From Narcine bancroftii (taxonomy: Eukaryota): DNA of 64,000 bases. The notes under the pieces were generated by a model. That model was not told where the DNA came from and did not search any database. It saw nothing but the letters and a program-made list of their open reading frames with translations. Positions 24,130-37,384 of the stretch are shown here, piece after piece (the first letter of the stretch is position 1; every line of letters begins with the position of its first letter). Made by a program: the position numbers and the translations under genes. The DNA is taken from assembly GCF_036971445.1 (NCBI RefSeq), contig NC_091469.1, positions 102,610,001 to 102,674,000 of the forward strand, given 5' to 3'.

Positions 24130-25699
24130 CCTTCCCTGTCTTCTCTAATTCTCCCTCTCAATGGGGGTGTTATTCCCATTTCTGGTGCTCTGCACTGGTC
24201 CACTGTTCCCCCGCAGTCTGCAATCCCTTGTGGTCTTGCTGAGCATAAACCCTACAGTTGCTGGGTTTTACTTACAAACACCTTCAACTCCATTAACAGG
24301 CCATTAAAAGCCTGTATGGAGCTGCCAGCATTGTGTCTCCACTCTCTGCCCTTCCGGATCTGCACTGGCAGGAGTGCTGCTGTTACACCTGCTCTGCCAG
24401 CACTCCCATTTTTTTGTTAAAAAGTGCCATTCTGAAGAATTATTTATCTATTCAGGTAGTTTAGATAGTTGTGGTATTGAATCTAACTCACCTTGAGTAG
24501 CCTTTTCCTGGTTAGAATATGAGTGTTCTCATCCCTGACCTGACACACAATAGTCCTGCTTCTGTATGGCTACAGTTCACCATGAAAAATAACACAACTC
24601 CCATGTGTTGTTCTTCCACACCTTTATAATATCACCTACACTCAATCAGTAGACAGTGGCTGTTCTTTTGCAAAGGGGAACTTGGTCAAATCCCCTTTCC
24701 AAGTCAGAGCTTACATACCATTCCAGTCATGGAAGATGATCAGTCAGGGTCGATCACAGTTCATCGAGGAGAAAAAGATACTTCCCATTGGAAAGGTCTC
24801 ACAACACATTGGGTGCAGTTAGACTGTTGGTGAGTGCAACCTCACACCATGTTGAATGGCTTTATGACATCACATGGAAGCAACTTTGGCATCATGAAAT
24901 GAATGTGACATACCACCTCATCTCCAGGGGTTGATGTCCCAACCAGTAAACAACCTGTGTAGTCAAGGTGATTGGGTTTCCTAATTATGTCATCCTGCCC
25001 CAAAAGTCCCCCTCCATCCACAGAACGTCCACTGATCCCTCTGACAGGATACGGTTTGATCCCCTTCTCGTTTACTATGTGATGGCCATCCAATCAATAA
25101 CCTAAAGTACTGTGGAGATGTGAGTTGCCTCCTGCAACAGACCTCAGTGGGCAGGAATTCCACACCATGCTCCATAGTTTGGGGCCATAGTCACACTCTA
25201 GGTAATAAAGAGCCAATCTGGTGTGATGCAATGGGCAGTATGGATTCTTTCACAGTTGCCACTGTCTCTGAGAGAGAGCAGAGCCATGTTGCAGGCCAGG
25301 AGCTGAGATTCCCTGCACCTGTGCATGTCCCGCGATCCCTTCTGACCTGCGATGTTGACATTGGCTGCTGTTTCTCAGAATGGTCAATTTTATTTGAAAA
25401 GGTTTTTTGGCGTTCCTATATTCACAGCTGAACCTCAGTCTCAGTACCATATTACTCATGTCCTCTAGATGCCTTTTTTGTGTCCAGCATAGAAGCACAC
25501 TTCCTTAAATAAATTCAGTGACTTGGCCTCCATTGCCCCTGTGGGGGAGAATTCCACCATGCTCTGAATGAGGAAGCTTTCCTTATCCAAGATCTGAATG
25601 TTTCATCCCATATTCTGAAGTTGTGATCCCTTTTGCTGGACTCCCCAACCCAAGGGGAATATCATCCCACCAGGATTGAGTCATGCCTACTTGGAAATG

Positions 25700-25975
25700 G
25701 GCCATTCAGGCCACCACATCTGTTCTAACCATCATCCATCCATTTACATTAATCCTACATAAATCCCATTTGATTGCAACCACATTCTCAACGCCTACCA
25801 TTATCCTCCGCACTAGGAGCTCTTTGCAGTGGCCAATTAACCTACTAAACCACATGTTTATTTCACCCATGAAGTTACAGTGAGAATATGCAAACACCCA
25901 TAGACGGCATGCAAGATCAGGTTTGAATCCAGGTTTCTGGCACTGTGAGACAGCAGCTTTACCAGCTGCACCAGT
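25700..25975 (-). mobile_element. V-SINE/HE1-like SINE
   Basis: tRNA-like head (GCTGCTGTCTCACAGTGCCAGAAACCTGGATTCAAACC on minus) and a degenerate V-core. Confidence 0.65.
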
Positions 25976-26142
25976 GCGCAGTCTTAATAAAGAAGAATGA
26001 TGGGGATAATCTGTGAGTCATATATTTCCTTTAGGATTCTGCACCCAGAGGGGTTATAGGTAATTGACAAATATCTCTGCCATGGAGAATGGCCTCTGTG
26101 AGAGGGAGAGAGGAGTGCATTTTTGCACAGTACAATGACTTA

Positions 26143-28420
26143 CCATATATACTCATGTAAAAATCGATACCATGTAAAAGTCCACGCCCTATTTTTGGCC
26201 CAAAAATCTGGTATTTTCCATGAGGCGTGGAAAAGTCAACCCCCTTTTTTCTCAGCTGCCCGCCCACTGGAGCTCCCATTGCCTTGACCGTGGACTCGCA
26301 CTTAAGCCCTAACAGCCCACCTCACGGAAATCCTGATGCCCCGACTGCAGACTTTCACCTAGGCCCCAGCCGCCCATCCATCCCAAGCTCCTGACCATGG
26401 ACTCTCACCTAGGCCTCGGCCACCTGCCCATCCAAGCTCTTGATGCCTCAAACCCGACTTCCACCTGGTCCTAACCACCCACCCATCTGTGCTTCCAACG
26501 CCTGAATGGTACAGGTACTTACTGTGGTCAAAATTAGTATTCATTTAAGAACATTAAAAGTAAAAGATTAGTGAGAGATAAAATTGGACCCCTTGTAGAT
26601 AGCGAGGGTAGGCTGAGTGAGAAGTCTGAGGAAATGGGGGAAATTTTGAATGATTTCTTTGCCTCGGTATTCACTAGGGAAAAAAATGTTGAACCAGTTG
26701 AAGTAAAGAAAAATAGTGGGGAGGTCATGAAGCATATAAGGATAACCGAGGAGGTAGTGATGGCTGTGTTAAAAAAGATAAAGGTGGATAAATCTCCCGA
26801 ACTGGACAAAATATTCCCTAGGACACTCAGGGAGGCTAGTGGACAGTTAGTGGGGCCATTAACAGAGATATTTAGGATGTCACTGGCTACGGGGGTGGTA
26901 TCAAAGGATTGGAGGGTGGCGCATGTGGTTCCTCTGTTTAAGAAAGGGTCCAAATGCAAACCTGGGAATTATAGGCCTGTAAGTCTGACATCTGTGGTGG
27001 GCAAGTTGATGGAAAGTGTTCTGAGGGATGCTATTTACAAATTTTTGGAGGTACAGGGATTGATAGGGAGTAATCAGCATGGTTTTGTCAGGGGTAGATC
27101 ATGCTTGACAAACCTGATTGAGTTCTTCGAGGGGGTTACAAAAAAGGTTGATGAAAGGAAAGCTGTGGATGTTGTCTATTTGGACTTTAGTAAAGCTTTT
27201 GACAAAGTTCTCCACAGGAGGTTAGGAAAAAAGGTGGAGGCATTAGGTATAAATAAGGAGGTAGTGAAATGGATTCAGCAGTGGTTGGATGGGAGGTGTC
27301 AGATTGTTTGTCCAATTGGAGGCCGGTGACTAGTGGAGTTCCTCAGGGTTCGGTCCTGGGTCCACTATTATTTGTTATATATATTAACGATCTGGATGTA
27401 GGGGTGGAGAATTGGATAAGCAAGTTTGCGGATGACACAAAAATTGGTGGTGTTGTGGACAGTGAGGTAGATTACCGTAGATTAAAAGGTGATTTAGGAA
27501 GGCTGGAGGTGTGGGCTGAGAAATGGCTGATAGAATTTAATACAGATAAATGTGAGGTGCTACATTTTGGAAAGGCAAATTTAAATAGGTCATATACATT
27601 GAATGGTAGACAATTGAGGAGTGCAGAGCAACAAAGGGATTTAGGAGTTATGGTAAATAGTACCCTCAAGGCTGATACTCAGGTAGATGGTGTGGTGAAG
27701 AAGGCATTTGGAATGTTGGCCTTCATAAATCGGAGTATTAAATTCAAGAGTAGGGAGGTTATGATGAAATTGTACAAGGCATTGGTGAGGCCAAATTTGG
27801 AGTACTGTGTACAGTTTTGGTCACCAAATTATAGGAAAGATATAAACAAAATAGAGAGAGTGCAGAGAAGGTTCACAAGAATGTTGACAGGATTTCAGGG
27901 TCTGAGTTACAGGGAAAGGTTGTGCAGACTGGGGCTTTTTTCTCTGGAGCGTAGAAGATTGAGGGGGGACTTGATAGAGGTGTTTAAGATTTTAAAAGGG
28001 ACAGACAGAGTAAATGTGGATAGGCTTTTTCAATTAAGAAAGGGGGAGATTCAAACTAGAGGACATGGTTTAAGATTGAAGGGGGAAAATTATAAGGGGA
28101 ACATGAGGGGAAATTTCTTTACGCAGAGGGTGGTGGGGACATGGAATGAGCTTCCGGCAGACGTGGTCGAGGCGGGATCATTGGTTACATTTAAGGAAAG
28201 ACTGGATCGTTACATGGATAGGAGGGGACTAGAGGGGTATGGACCGGGTGCTGGTCAGTGGGACTAGGAGGGTGGGGATTTGCTACGGCATGAACTAGTA
28301 GGGCCGAACTGGCCTGTTCTGTGCTGTAAGTGGTTATATGGTTATATGTAATTGTCTACCCCCTAAATTTTATCCTTAAAATTCGTCCATGAAAGTTGAC
28401 TATTACACAGGTAAAAATAG
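26143..28420. mobile_element. pogo/Tc2-like MITE split by a CR1 insertion
   Basis: TA-flanked degenerate TIRs CCATATATACTCATGTAAAAATCGA / TTGACTATTACACAGGTAAAAATAG. Confidence 0.55.
26536..28349 (+). mobile_element. Young 5'-truncated CR1 LINE (RT nearly intact; one frameshifting deletion near 27302)
   Basis: ORFs 26571-27329 and 27269-28267 carry NYRPVSLTS, GVPQGSVLGP and KFADDTK. 3' tail GGTTATATGGTTATATG. Confidence 0.97.
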
Positions 28421-28894
28421 TACTTTTCTATCTCTACTTTTGCTTTTATACGTTGTATGAGCAGATTAGGAACTTATTTGCTTCCTTTGTCACATCTCCC
28501 AGCTGGGAGAGATGGGGTTCGAGGTTCCTGCTAATTGTGGGACACCCTGAGTCTCTGCAATTTACTGCTATTGTGCCCATCTATTTCTTTTGCTGCATCA
28601 TGTCTCAGATAGAGTTAATTCCGGCCAACAGGGTCTTGCAGTGAGTGAGAAGCAGTATTTTGTTCTCAGGATGCTTCATGGGACAGTGCTTCAATAGTGT
28701 GATTACAGTTATTAAGTAACAGTGGTAGCCAGAAATGCTTAAGAAACTAACCCTGAGCCTTCTGGATGTTCCATGTGCAATATATTGCTCAAAGAAACTG
28801 TCTCGAAGATAATGTATGAACCTGTTTTCAAGGTTAATTTGCCAATTTCATTTGTTTAATTAATATGAAGACTAAACCTGTCCATGATTATCAC

Positions 28895-29405
28895 AGTAAA
28901 AACATAAAAATGCTGGAGGAACTTAGTAGGTCTCTCAGCATCCATGTTTTGGGCCTGAGCCCTTCATTAAGGTATGAACAAAAAGCCGACAGGCACCTGA
29001 ATAAAAAGGCTGGGGGAGGAGGAGCCCAGGCCAACAGGCAAAAGGTAGTAATTGGATATGGATAGGAGGACAGTTGATCGGGGGAGGAGATGGCCCTGAG
29101 AATGCAGAGCTAGAGACAGAGGCAAAGGGAGAGAGAGAGAGTGTCAGGGAGGGGGCTAATGAAAACCAGAGAAGTCGATGTTAATGCCATCTGGTTGGAG
29201 GGTGCACAGATTGAATATGAGGTGTTGTTTTTCCAGTTTGCATGTGGTCTCGGTTTGGCAATGATGTTGGCATGGGAAAGGAACGGGGAATTGAAATGGG
29301 TTACTACAGGGAGATCCTCGCTATTGTGGCGAACAGAGCCAAGGTGCTCAGCAAAGTATTTCCCTGTCTGCATCCAGTCTCTCCAATATAGAGGAGACCA
29401 CAATA
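28895..29405 (-). mobile_element. Penelope-like element 3' fragment (GIY-YIG endonuclease relic)
   Basis: FAEHLGSVRHNSEDLPVVTHFNS. Terminal segment carries a hammerhead-like relic at about 28946-28972. Confidence 0.8.
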
Positions 29406-29654
29406 GGAGTTCTCAACGAAGTCTTCAATGAGGCTTACTGGGCACTCACGCCAATGACTTCTTTCTTAATTCTACACAAATAACTCCAGAAGCTCCCAAG
29501 ATCATATCTCACCAGTGTATTGCTCTCATCCTTCATCAGCAGTTACCAACCTCTGTCTCTCCTCCAAAATGTTAATTACTCAGGGATATTCTGTTCTTAG
29601 TCTCAGTTACACAATTGTGTCATCTAAAAGGCCAAAAGCTCAAAGCTCAGTCCC

Positions 29655-29935
29655 AGATTTAGGGCAGAGATGAGGAAAAATAGTTTTTCCCAGAGAGTAG
29701 TGAATGTTTGGAATTCTCTATCCAGGGAAGTGGTTGAGGCTGCTTCATTAAACATATTTAAAATTCGGGTTAGATACATCTTTATATGATAGAGGAATTA
29801 GGGGATATGGGGAGAAGGCAGGTAGGTGGAGTTAGGTCATAAATTAGATCAGCCATGATCTTATTGAATGGCGGAGCAGGCTCGATGGGCCATTTTTGGC
29901 CTACTCCTGTTCCTACTTCCTATGTTCCTATGTTT
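29655..29935 (+). mobile_element. CR1 3' end
   Basis: FFSQRVVNVWNSL-like coding end and a (TTCCTATG)n-like tail. Confidence 0.8.
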
Positions 29936-30689
29936 CTACTTGTGCCAGCAATCTGCTGATATGTTATGAATCATGTGTAACAGATGTCTTGGCATCATAT
30001 TCCTTATTTTGGCTCCATTTATAGTTATACTATCACATTTCTCCACTCTGGTAGCCACCATGTACTTTCTAATCTTGCTCATTGGAAACATCTCAACTAC
30101 TATTTTGTTTAAAACTCAGTCTTCATCTTAGTTGATTTGGTGAAAGACTAGACCCAGTCCAATGCAGATGAAACCCATCACAATGGAACAGCTCTCCCTT
30201 CCTGTGTAAGTCCAAGTACAATAGTAAGTTCTGAATGTAAATCTGCAAATGATTTTGTGTCGAACTGGCCAGTTTGGATATATGAATATCTACCTGTAAC
30301 GTTAACTTTGTCTTTCTCTCTCTCTCTCTCTCTTATTTAATTTCAGTGACTGTTGTGTTCAGCATTTATCTATTTCTCCCTAGTTCTCCCTCCATTTATT
30401 TCTTAAGGAAGCTTAACTGTGAAAAATAAACGCTTATCACCCACACTTCCAACATCAATCCGTAACATTCAATCTCCCCACATTTCCATCCATCACAGAA
30501 ACACTATCTTTCTCTCCAACTCTGTCCTTTTCTTTCAATTTTGTAACTTTTCCAGGTTCTGAATCAAGATCAATGATGTGAAATGTAAATTCTGCTTTTC
30601 CTCCAAAGATTATGCCTGATGTCTGCAAATTTCCAACATTTTTTGTTTTTATTTCACATTTCCAACATCTGCATTTGTTTATGTTTTTG

Positions 30690-31050
30690 CCCATTAACCC
30701 ATGTACCCAATGATAGACAGTGTCTGACCTTCTGACCCATGTACTCAGTGATGGACAGTGTCAGACCCACTGGCCCATTAACCCATGTACCCAGTGATGG
30801 TCAGTGTCAGACCCACTGGCCCATTATTCCATGTACCCAGTGATAGTCAGTATCTGACTCACTGACCCATTAACCCATGTACCCAGTGATAGATGGTCTG
30901 ACCCACTGGCCCATTAACCCATGTACCCAGTGATACACAGTATCTGACTCACTGACCCTTTAACCCATGCACCCAGTGATAGATGGTGTCTGACCCACTG
31001 GCCTGTTGATCCAAAAACCCAATGAAAGAACAGTGTCTGATACTTTGACT
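30690..31050. repeat. Degenerate minisatellite of about 46 bp, about 8 copies
   Basis: Unit CCATTAACCCATGTACCCAGTGATGGTCAGTGTCAGACCCACTGGC. Confidence 0.9.
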
Positions 31051-32145
31051 GTTTGACCCATTGGGAAATTGACATCTGCAACACTTTACCTTTCAATTTC
31101 TACAAGGACAATAATTATCTGCTTGATCTCAGCAAACCCAGCCATCGTATTGCACTTCAGTAATGCTCTGGTACATTTCCTCCTGCTTGCAACAACAAAG
31201 AAGTAAAGAACAGCAGACATTGGTAAGTTCCAGTACTCTAACTAGCTGTATGGGGTCGGCATAATCACCTCCTCAAAATAATAATGTGGAGACGTGTTAC
31301 TTAAGATAACAGACAGCGTGGCAGACAAATGTATGGTTGTGGTCATCAGGAACTCAGCAGAGTCCAACCTATAATTAAGTTATAGAAGAGATTTAAAACT
31401 CCACATGTGAAGTAGCAGAAAACCTTAATATAGAATCTGCACAAACATGTAGCAAAGACTCAAGTTTAATATTTTATATAGTTTAAAAAAAGCAGACTGG
31501 CTCTTGTTTGAATTGTCGTTGTCATGGGTATCCCTCGGGTCCAGCATGATGGTCTTCATTCCATTGATCTGTTTATGGGCTCTCAAGTCCAATCTTGGAA
31601 AGTGGCCCACAAAACAAAGACTGTGTGTATATTTGTTTAACGTGTACTTAATGTTTCACTCTAAGAAGCACATGATACTTCACAAATCAACCAATTCCAA
31701 TGGCATGGAAACCATGATGATCGGAGCTGATGGATTTGTTGCAGCCTTCGTCCACCTTTACAGCCATTGAGTTCAAAATAACTTCATCCACTTGTTCCAC
31801 CATTGTTGTTTGTCAGGGGCCTTACCACCATGGATGGCCCTACCATGAACATAGCTCCTGACAGCATTGCTCCCAGGATCTCAGGACTACACAAGCTTCT
31901 CCATCACGACAAAGTGACAATCTACAGAAAAGTCTGAAATGTAGTAGATTTCTGGAATGAGTTATTGCTTTAATATATCCTAACAAGAGTATTCTCCACA
32001 TTAGACATATTGTGTAACCACAATTTAATAATGCATGAATGTTAGTTGAGCAGCGGGAATAGGGGTTGATAGGACTTGGTCTGAGATGGAACCATCACTG
32101 CCATGGCCAGCATAATGGTCCGCAGCCAACTGAAGGTTTACTGAG

Positions 32146-32385
32146 TGTAGAGCTCGTCGAAAGAATCAAAGACTTGTTGATCCAAACCAAGGCTTTTATT
32201 AGCAAAAGACAGGAGCTCTTCACAGGTGGCCGACCAGTCCAGAATGATCTGACCTGGCTAGGGACACAACCCTTTAAGGCCCAGACAGTAGGCGTGGCTA
32301 AGCTCTCAGCCAATCGCTCTAAGCACAGTCATTACACTCTAGATACTATAACTATATACATTGGTGATAGGTCTGTACTATCACA
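32146..32385. mobile_element. 240-bp solo LTR, copy 1
   Basis: TGTAGAG...ATCACA with 5-bp TSD CTGAG. Confidence 0.9.
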
Positions 32386-33029
32386 CTGAGACAGTCAGAG
32401 GGCAGTTAAGAGTGAATTAAATTCCTAGCAGCTGTCAAGTTGACCAAATGCAACTGATGCCACACAAAAATGTCACAGATCTTGCAACATATAGGAAGTA
32501 AAAGGTGACCAACATTTCAGACCTGAGCCCTTGTCAGGAATCAGGCAAAACAAGTAGATGCTTGAATAAAAATGTGGGGGAGGAGAGGAGAGGAGGGAGA
32601 AGGGAAAGAGGAAGGTAATAGCTGAATACAGGTGGGAGACCAGAAGAGAAAGAAGCTGAGAAGTGATAGGAAGAGACACCAGAGGGTAGCTCTCTGGAAG
32701 GAGAAGGAAGGGAAGGAGCTGGAGAGGTGGAGGAAAGGAGGCAGAGGGGTAGGGAGAGAGAGTGACTGGGGAGGGGAAATAACAGAAATTGGAAAAGCCA
32801 ATATTGATGCCATCTGGTTAAAGACTGCTGAGATGGAATATGTGTAGTTCTCACAATTTGTGGATGGCTTGATCCGGCAGCACATGATGAGATGGACAGA
32901 CATATCAAAGTGACAATGGTGTATGGAATTGAAATGGTCAGCTGTTGCAGCGGACAAAACGCAAGTGCTTACTGAAATGATCTCCTAATCAGCATCCAAT
33001 CTCCCTGTTGTAGAGAGGCTGCATCAGGA

Positions 33030-34296
33030 TGTTATGGGCCTGTAGAGCTCGACGAAAGAACCAAAGACTTGTTGATCCAAACCAAGGCTTTTATTAGCAA
33101 AAGACAGGAGCTCTTCACAGGTGGCCGACCAGTCCGGAATGATCTGACCTGGCTAGGGACACAACCCTTTAAGGCCCAGACAGTAGGCGTGGCTAAGCTC
33201 TCAGCCAATCGCTCTAAGCACAGTCATTACACACTAGATACTGTAACTATATACATTGGTGATAGGTCTGTACTATCACAGGGCCCTGCTGGTGAAGCAC
33301 TAAAGTAGCGCCGGGGAAGCGCTGAAACAGCCCTGGGAAAGCTGACGGCTGTCAAAAGCACAAGACCCATGCGCTGGAAGCCGGTGGGCTTGTGGAGACC
33401 GTGCTACTGCTGTCAACCTCTCTCCACCAATAGGGGGAGCTGAAGGCACGTGCTGGGGTAGTCAAAGAGCCCAGTGCGTTGAGTTTTTGAACAGGTTGGT
33501 AGTTGGTTGGTTGGTTGGAGAGTAGTTGGACAGACTGTCAGTGTGCTCGTCTAGTAGTATCAGTGGGAGAAAGAAGCCAGAGCTACTTTGTCTACGGGTG
33601 TCAGCACTGTTGTTCTGACAGCAGTTTGCGCCCCTCTGATACCCAGATGGTGTCTGTGACTGACCTGGGCTTCCCCAATCCCCTTCCAAAAGGAGGACTT
33701 TGTGTGACAGTAGTCACTTGACAATCCAAGACAGGGTGATTAGAGGGGAAGATCTGTGTGACAGAAAATCCCTTGTTAACCCTAAAGTGGGCTTCAGAGA
33801 TGTGAACCTTGTGTAGTGACTAGGAGGTCCCTGGATGCAAATTCCCTTGTGAAAAAATCAAAGGTGGTTGTTGCCACATTTAAAACTCAGGAATGTTGTA
33901 AGTTTCCAGTGTTTGTAAGTCTACAGTGATCATGGCCACCTGCCTTCATGTCCAACTAAAAGACCAGTGTGCAACCAAACTAAGAATCCCTAGCCTGGAG
34001 ACCAGACTCTACGAGCTGTTTCTTTTTGACTGACAGACTTGACGTGACTGACTTGAGGTTTTATATTGGGAGTTTTCATTTGGGGCCTTTTGAGCTTGGA
34101 CTGTAATGGTCTGGGTTTTTTTTCCCACATATACCTTATAAATATCTATTGTTAATGTAGAGTTGCCATAAAGGATTATGTTCGGGGGTTAAGTTTATTG
34201 AGGTAATTCTATTATTGTTAATTTGTTAATAAATTTTGTGTTAAACTTAACCCTTCTGTTTATGCTTCTCTCAATTGCTGCTGGTGAGGTGTAACA
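33030..34296. mobile_element. Solo LTR of about 1 kb containing the second 240-bp LTR
   Basis: TGTTATG...TGTAACA termini and a near-TSD AGGA/GGGA. The Penelope sequence resumes after it. Confidence 0.7.
33041..33280. mobile_element. 240-bp solo LTR, copy 2
   Basis: Same sequence as 32146-32385 with about 5 substitutions, and its own TSD GGGCC. Confidence 0.9.
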
Positions 34297-36144
34297 GGGA
34301 GCAAGAGATGCAGTGAATGACCCCCACAGATTCACAAGTGAAAAGTTGCTTCACTTGGAAGGACTGATTGGGGCCCCAAATAGTGTTAAGGATGGAGGTG
34401 TAGGTGCAAGAGCAGCATTCCTTGTAGTCACAGGTAGGTCACAAGGGGGCATTTGGTGGGATAGGATGAGTAGAAGTGAGAGTTTTGGAGGAAGCAGACT
34501 CTGTGGAAAACAGAGAGGGGAGAAAAGGGGAAGATGTGTCTGATGGTAGGATCATGTGTAGGAGGTGGAAATTGTAGAGGATAATTATGTTGGATGCAGA
34601 AGCTGGTGAGGTGGTGGTGAGGTCAAGGGGAATCCTGTCCTTGTTGCATCTCGGGCAGAAGGGGCCAGGGCAGATGTGTGGGAAATAGAAGAGCTGTGGG
34701 TAAGGGCTGAGTTTTGGCAGTTGAGGGAGAGCAATGTTTTCTGAAGGAGGAGGTCCTCTCAGATCTCCTTAAATGGAAGGTTTCATCCTGGGAACAGATG
34801 ATGCGTGAATTGAGAAAAATAAATTGAATCCTTTCAGGGGACAGGTTGTGAAAAGGTGTAGTCAAAGTAACTATGAGAGTTAATGGATTTATAGAAGATG
34901 TCTATAGATACTTTGTCTCCCAAGATGGAGACAGAGAGATCGAGAAAGGGGAGAGACTTGCCAGAGATGGATCAAGTAAATTTGAAGTCAGGGTGAAAGT
35001 AGGCAGCAAAGTTGATGAACTCATCATGGGTGCAGAAGGCAGCACTAATGTAGTCATCAATAAAGCAGAGGAAGGGTTGAGCCTTGCCTGTGTATACCTG
35101 TGGTATGGACTGCTCCATAGAACCAACAAAAAAAAGCAGACATAGTTGGGTCTCGTGGGTGCCCATGATACACCTTTAACTTGAAGAAAGTGGGATGAGC
35201 CAAAGGAAAAGATATTAAGGGTGTGAACAAGTTCTGTCAGGCAGAAGAGGGTGGTGGTGGAGGGGAACCGGTTAGGTCTGTTATTTAAGAAGAAGCAGAG
35301 AGCCTTGAGACTTTCTCCATGGGGGATGAAGGTTCATAGGGACTGGACATCCATGGTGAAAATGATGTGGTCCAGCCAGGAAACTAGAGGTTGTCGAAAC
35401 AATGGAGAGCACGTGAGATAGCTCGGGTTTCGGATGGAAGGGTGGTAAGATGATATCAGTTTGGTGGGGTAGAAGCACATGGAAACAATGGCTCTACCAG
35501 GACAATAGAGTTTGTAGATCTTCGATACAAGGTAGAATCGGACAGTGTGGGGTTGGGAAACAATGAGATTAGAGGCTCTGGATCTGGAAGGGAGATTAAG
35601 GTCAGTGTTGGTGCATGAGATGGTGGACTGATGTTTCTGAGTGGAATCTTGATCAAGGGATAATTAAGAGAAGGTGTCTAAGAGCTGTTGAGTGGCCTCG
35701 GCAAGGTAGAGGTCAGTGTGCTAGACCATAAAAGCACCACCCTAGTCTGCAGGTTTGATGGTGCAGGGAGAGGAAGGGTGGTGCGTACTGAGACGCAAGA
35801 TTGGAATAGTTGACTGAAATGATGAAGTGGAGAAGTTTAATGTCTCGGTGGCAGTTGGAAATGAAAAGATCCAGAGAAGGGAGAAGGCCCGAATGAGGTG
35901 TCTAAGAGGAGGAAGAAGGCTTAAAGTGGGAGAAGGGGTCCTCTGAGTGGAATGGGGAACTCTTACTAAAAAAGTAAGCACGGGGACTGAGGAAGAAGAG
36001 TTCGACATCGTGATGTGTGCGGAACTCATTAGGTTAACTGATATCGTTCTCCAAATAGAACCACAAAAATTCACCATACCTGTCAAAGCTTAACATGGCG
36101 ACAATACTACTCCAGTCACTAGATAATTCCACTGTCAGTCGTGC

Positions 36145-36735
36145 CATAAGACCATGTTATAGGAGCAGTAGGCCATTTAACCTGTCGAGTCTGCTCCATC
36201 ATTCCATCATGAGCTGATCCATTCTCCCACTCAACCCCACTCCCCATGCTTTCTCCCCATAAAATTTGATACCTTGACTATTTAGGTACCTATGAATCTC
36301 TACCTTAAATACACCAAATGACTTGGCCTCCTCAGCCACCTGTGGCAGCAAATTCCAGAGGTTCGCCACACTCTGGCTGAAGAAGTTCATCCACATTTCT
36401 GTTTTAAATGTTCAATCCTGAAGTTGTGCCCTCTTGTCCTTGACTCCCATGGGAAACAACTTTTCCACATTTACTCTGTCCAAGCCTTTTAACATATGAA
36501 ATGCTTCTATGAGCCCACCCCACCACCCCCCCCCCCCATCCCGTATTCTTCTGAACTCCAAGGAGGACAGTCCAAGAGCCATCAAACATTCCTCATATGC
36601 TAATCCCTTCATTCCAGGAATCATGGTTGTGAATCTTCTCTGAACCCCCTCCAATGCCAGCACATCCCTTCTTAAATAAGGAGGTCAAAACTGAACCCCG
36701 TCCTCGAAGTGAGGCCTCATCAGTGTCTTATAAAA
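36145..36735 (-). mobile_element. CR1 3' fragment
   Basis: LEGVQRRFTTMIPGMKGL and NFFSQSVANLWNLLPQ. Confidence 0.85.
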
Positions 36736-37161
36736 GTGTGGATGACTGATAGTGATTTTTGTGTGACTGCCTGCTTTTGTTGTTTGGTGTAATTGCTGTC
36801 AGATTTTGTTTCCTCAGTCATTTAAATTGATGCATTTTTAAATCAACCACATTTGCTCCAAGGTTGTCAGTTAACCAAGAGCTGGGACATATCACCTGTC
36901 CTGCTTCCAACACAACAGAAGACATTGATAAGTAACTTATAAGTAACTTATAAGTATCATTGATAAGTAACTTGTGTGATAGGATAGAGAGTCATGTGTT
37001 CACATTTTCCAATGGCATGGAGATTAGAACATTGTCAACAATGTGGTTGCAGAACAAAAGTCAGACAGAAGCCTCGTCGGCAGCTCTGAGGTTAGTACAC
37101 TGGACCTAATAATGATGAGCGAGTGCATTTTCCAGATGATATTGCTGAAACGGTGTTGAAA

Positions 37162-37265
37162 CAACCATAGAACCATTTACGGAGCGGAAACAGGCCATGT
37201 TGGCCTTTCGAGTCCGCACCGGTTCACTGATTTTGTGCGCCCTCTTCAGGCATTGGTGATTTTAA
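37162..37265 (-). mobile_element. Short retroposon 3' end with CR1-type tail
   Basis: 9-bp TSD GTGTTGAAA (37153-37161 and 37266-37274). Matches the reverse complement of about 50407-50500. Confidence 0.75.
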
Positions 37266-37384
37266 GTGTTGAAAATAAATAAAATTTAAAATAAAAGTTT
37301 AAAATTGTAAATGTCCTCTGAAGTAACACATAAACCTTTGGTGCACTGCACCTTGTCTAACCACAGTTTTCAAAGTTTCAAATA

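Larger units (their letters stand above)
32465..36085 (-). mobile_element. Decayed Penelope-like retroelement (RT + GIY-YIG) with nested LTRs
   Basis: RT relics MGT...FVGSMEQS and FIDDY..FINFAAYFHPDFKFT. The endonuclease region is split by the LTR at 33030-34296. Confidence 0.85.

Noticed and set aside
31107-31222. Plus-strand exon candidate with gtaagt donor
   Set aside because: The AAG acceptor is weak, the two plausible frames contain stops, and there is no other support.
32146-33280. A single miniature LTR element (TRIM) bounded by the two 240-bp LTRs
   Set aside because: Each LTR has its own distinct TSD, and the interior is Penelope and flanking DNA.
36925-36972. Short palindromic tandem (ATAAGTAACTT)n
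   Set aside because: A tiny slippage duplication with no evidence of function.
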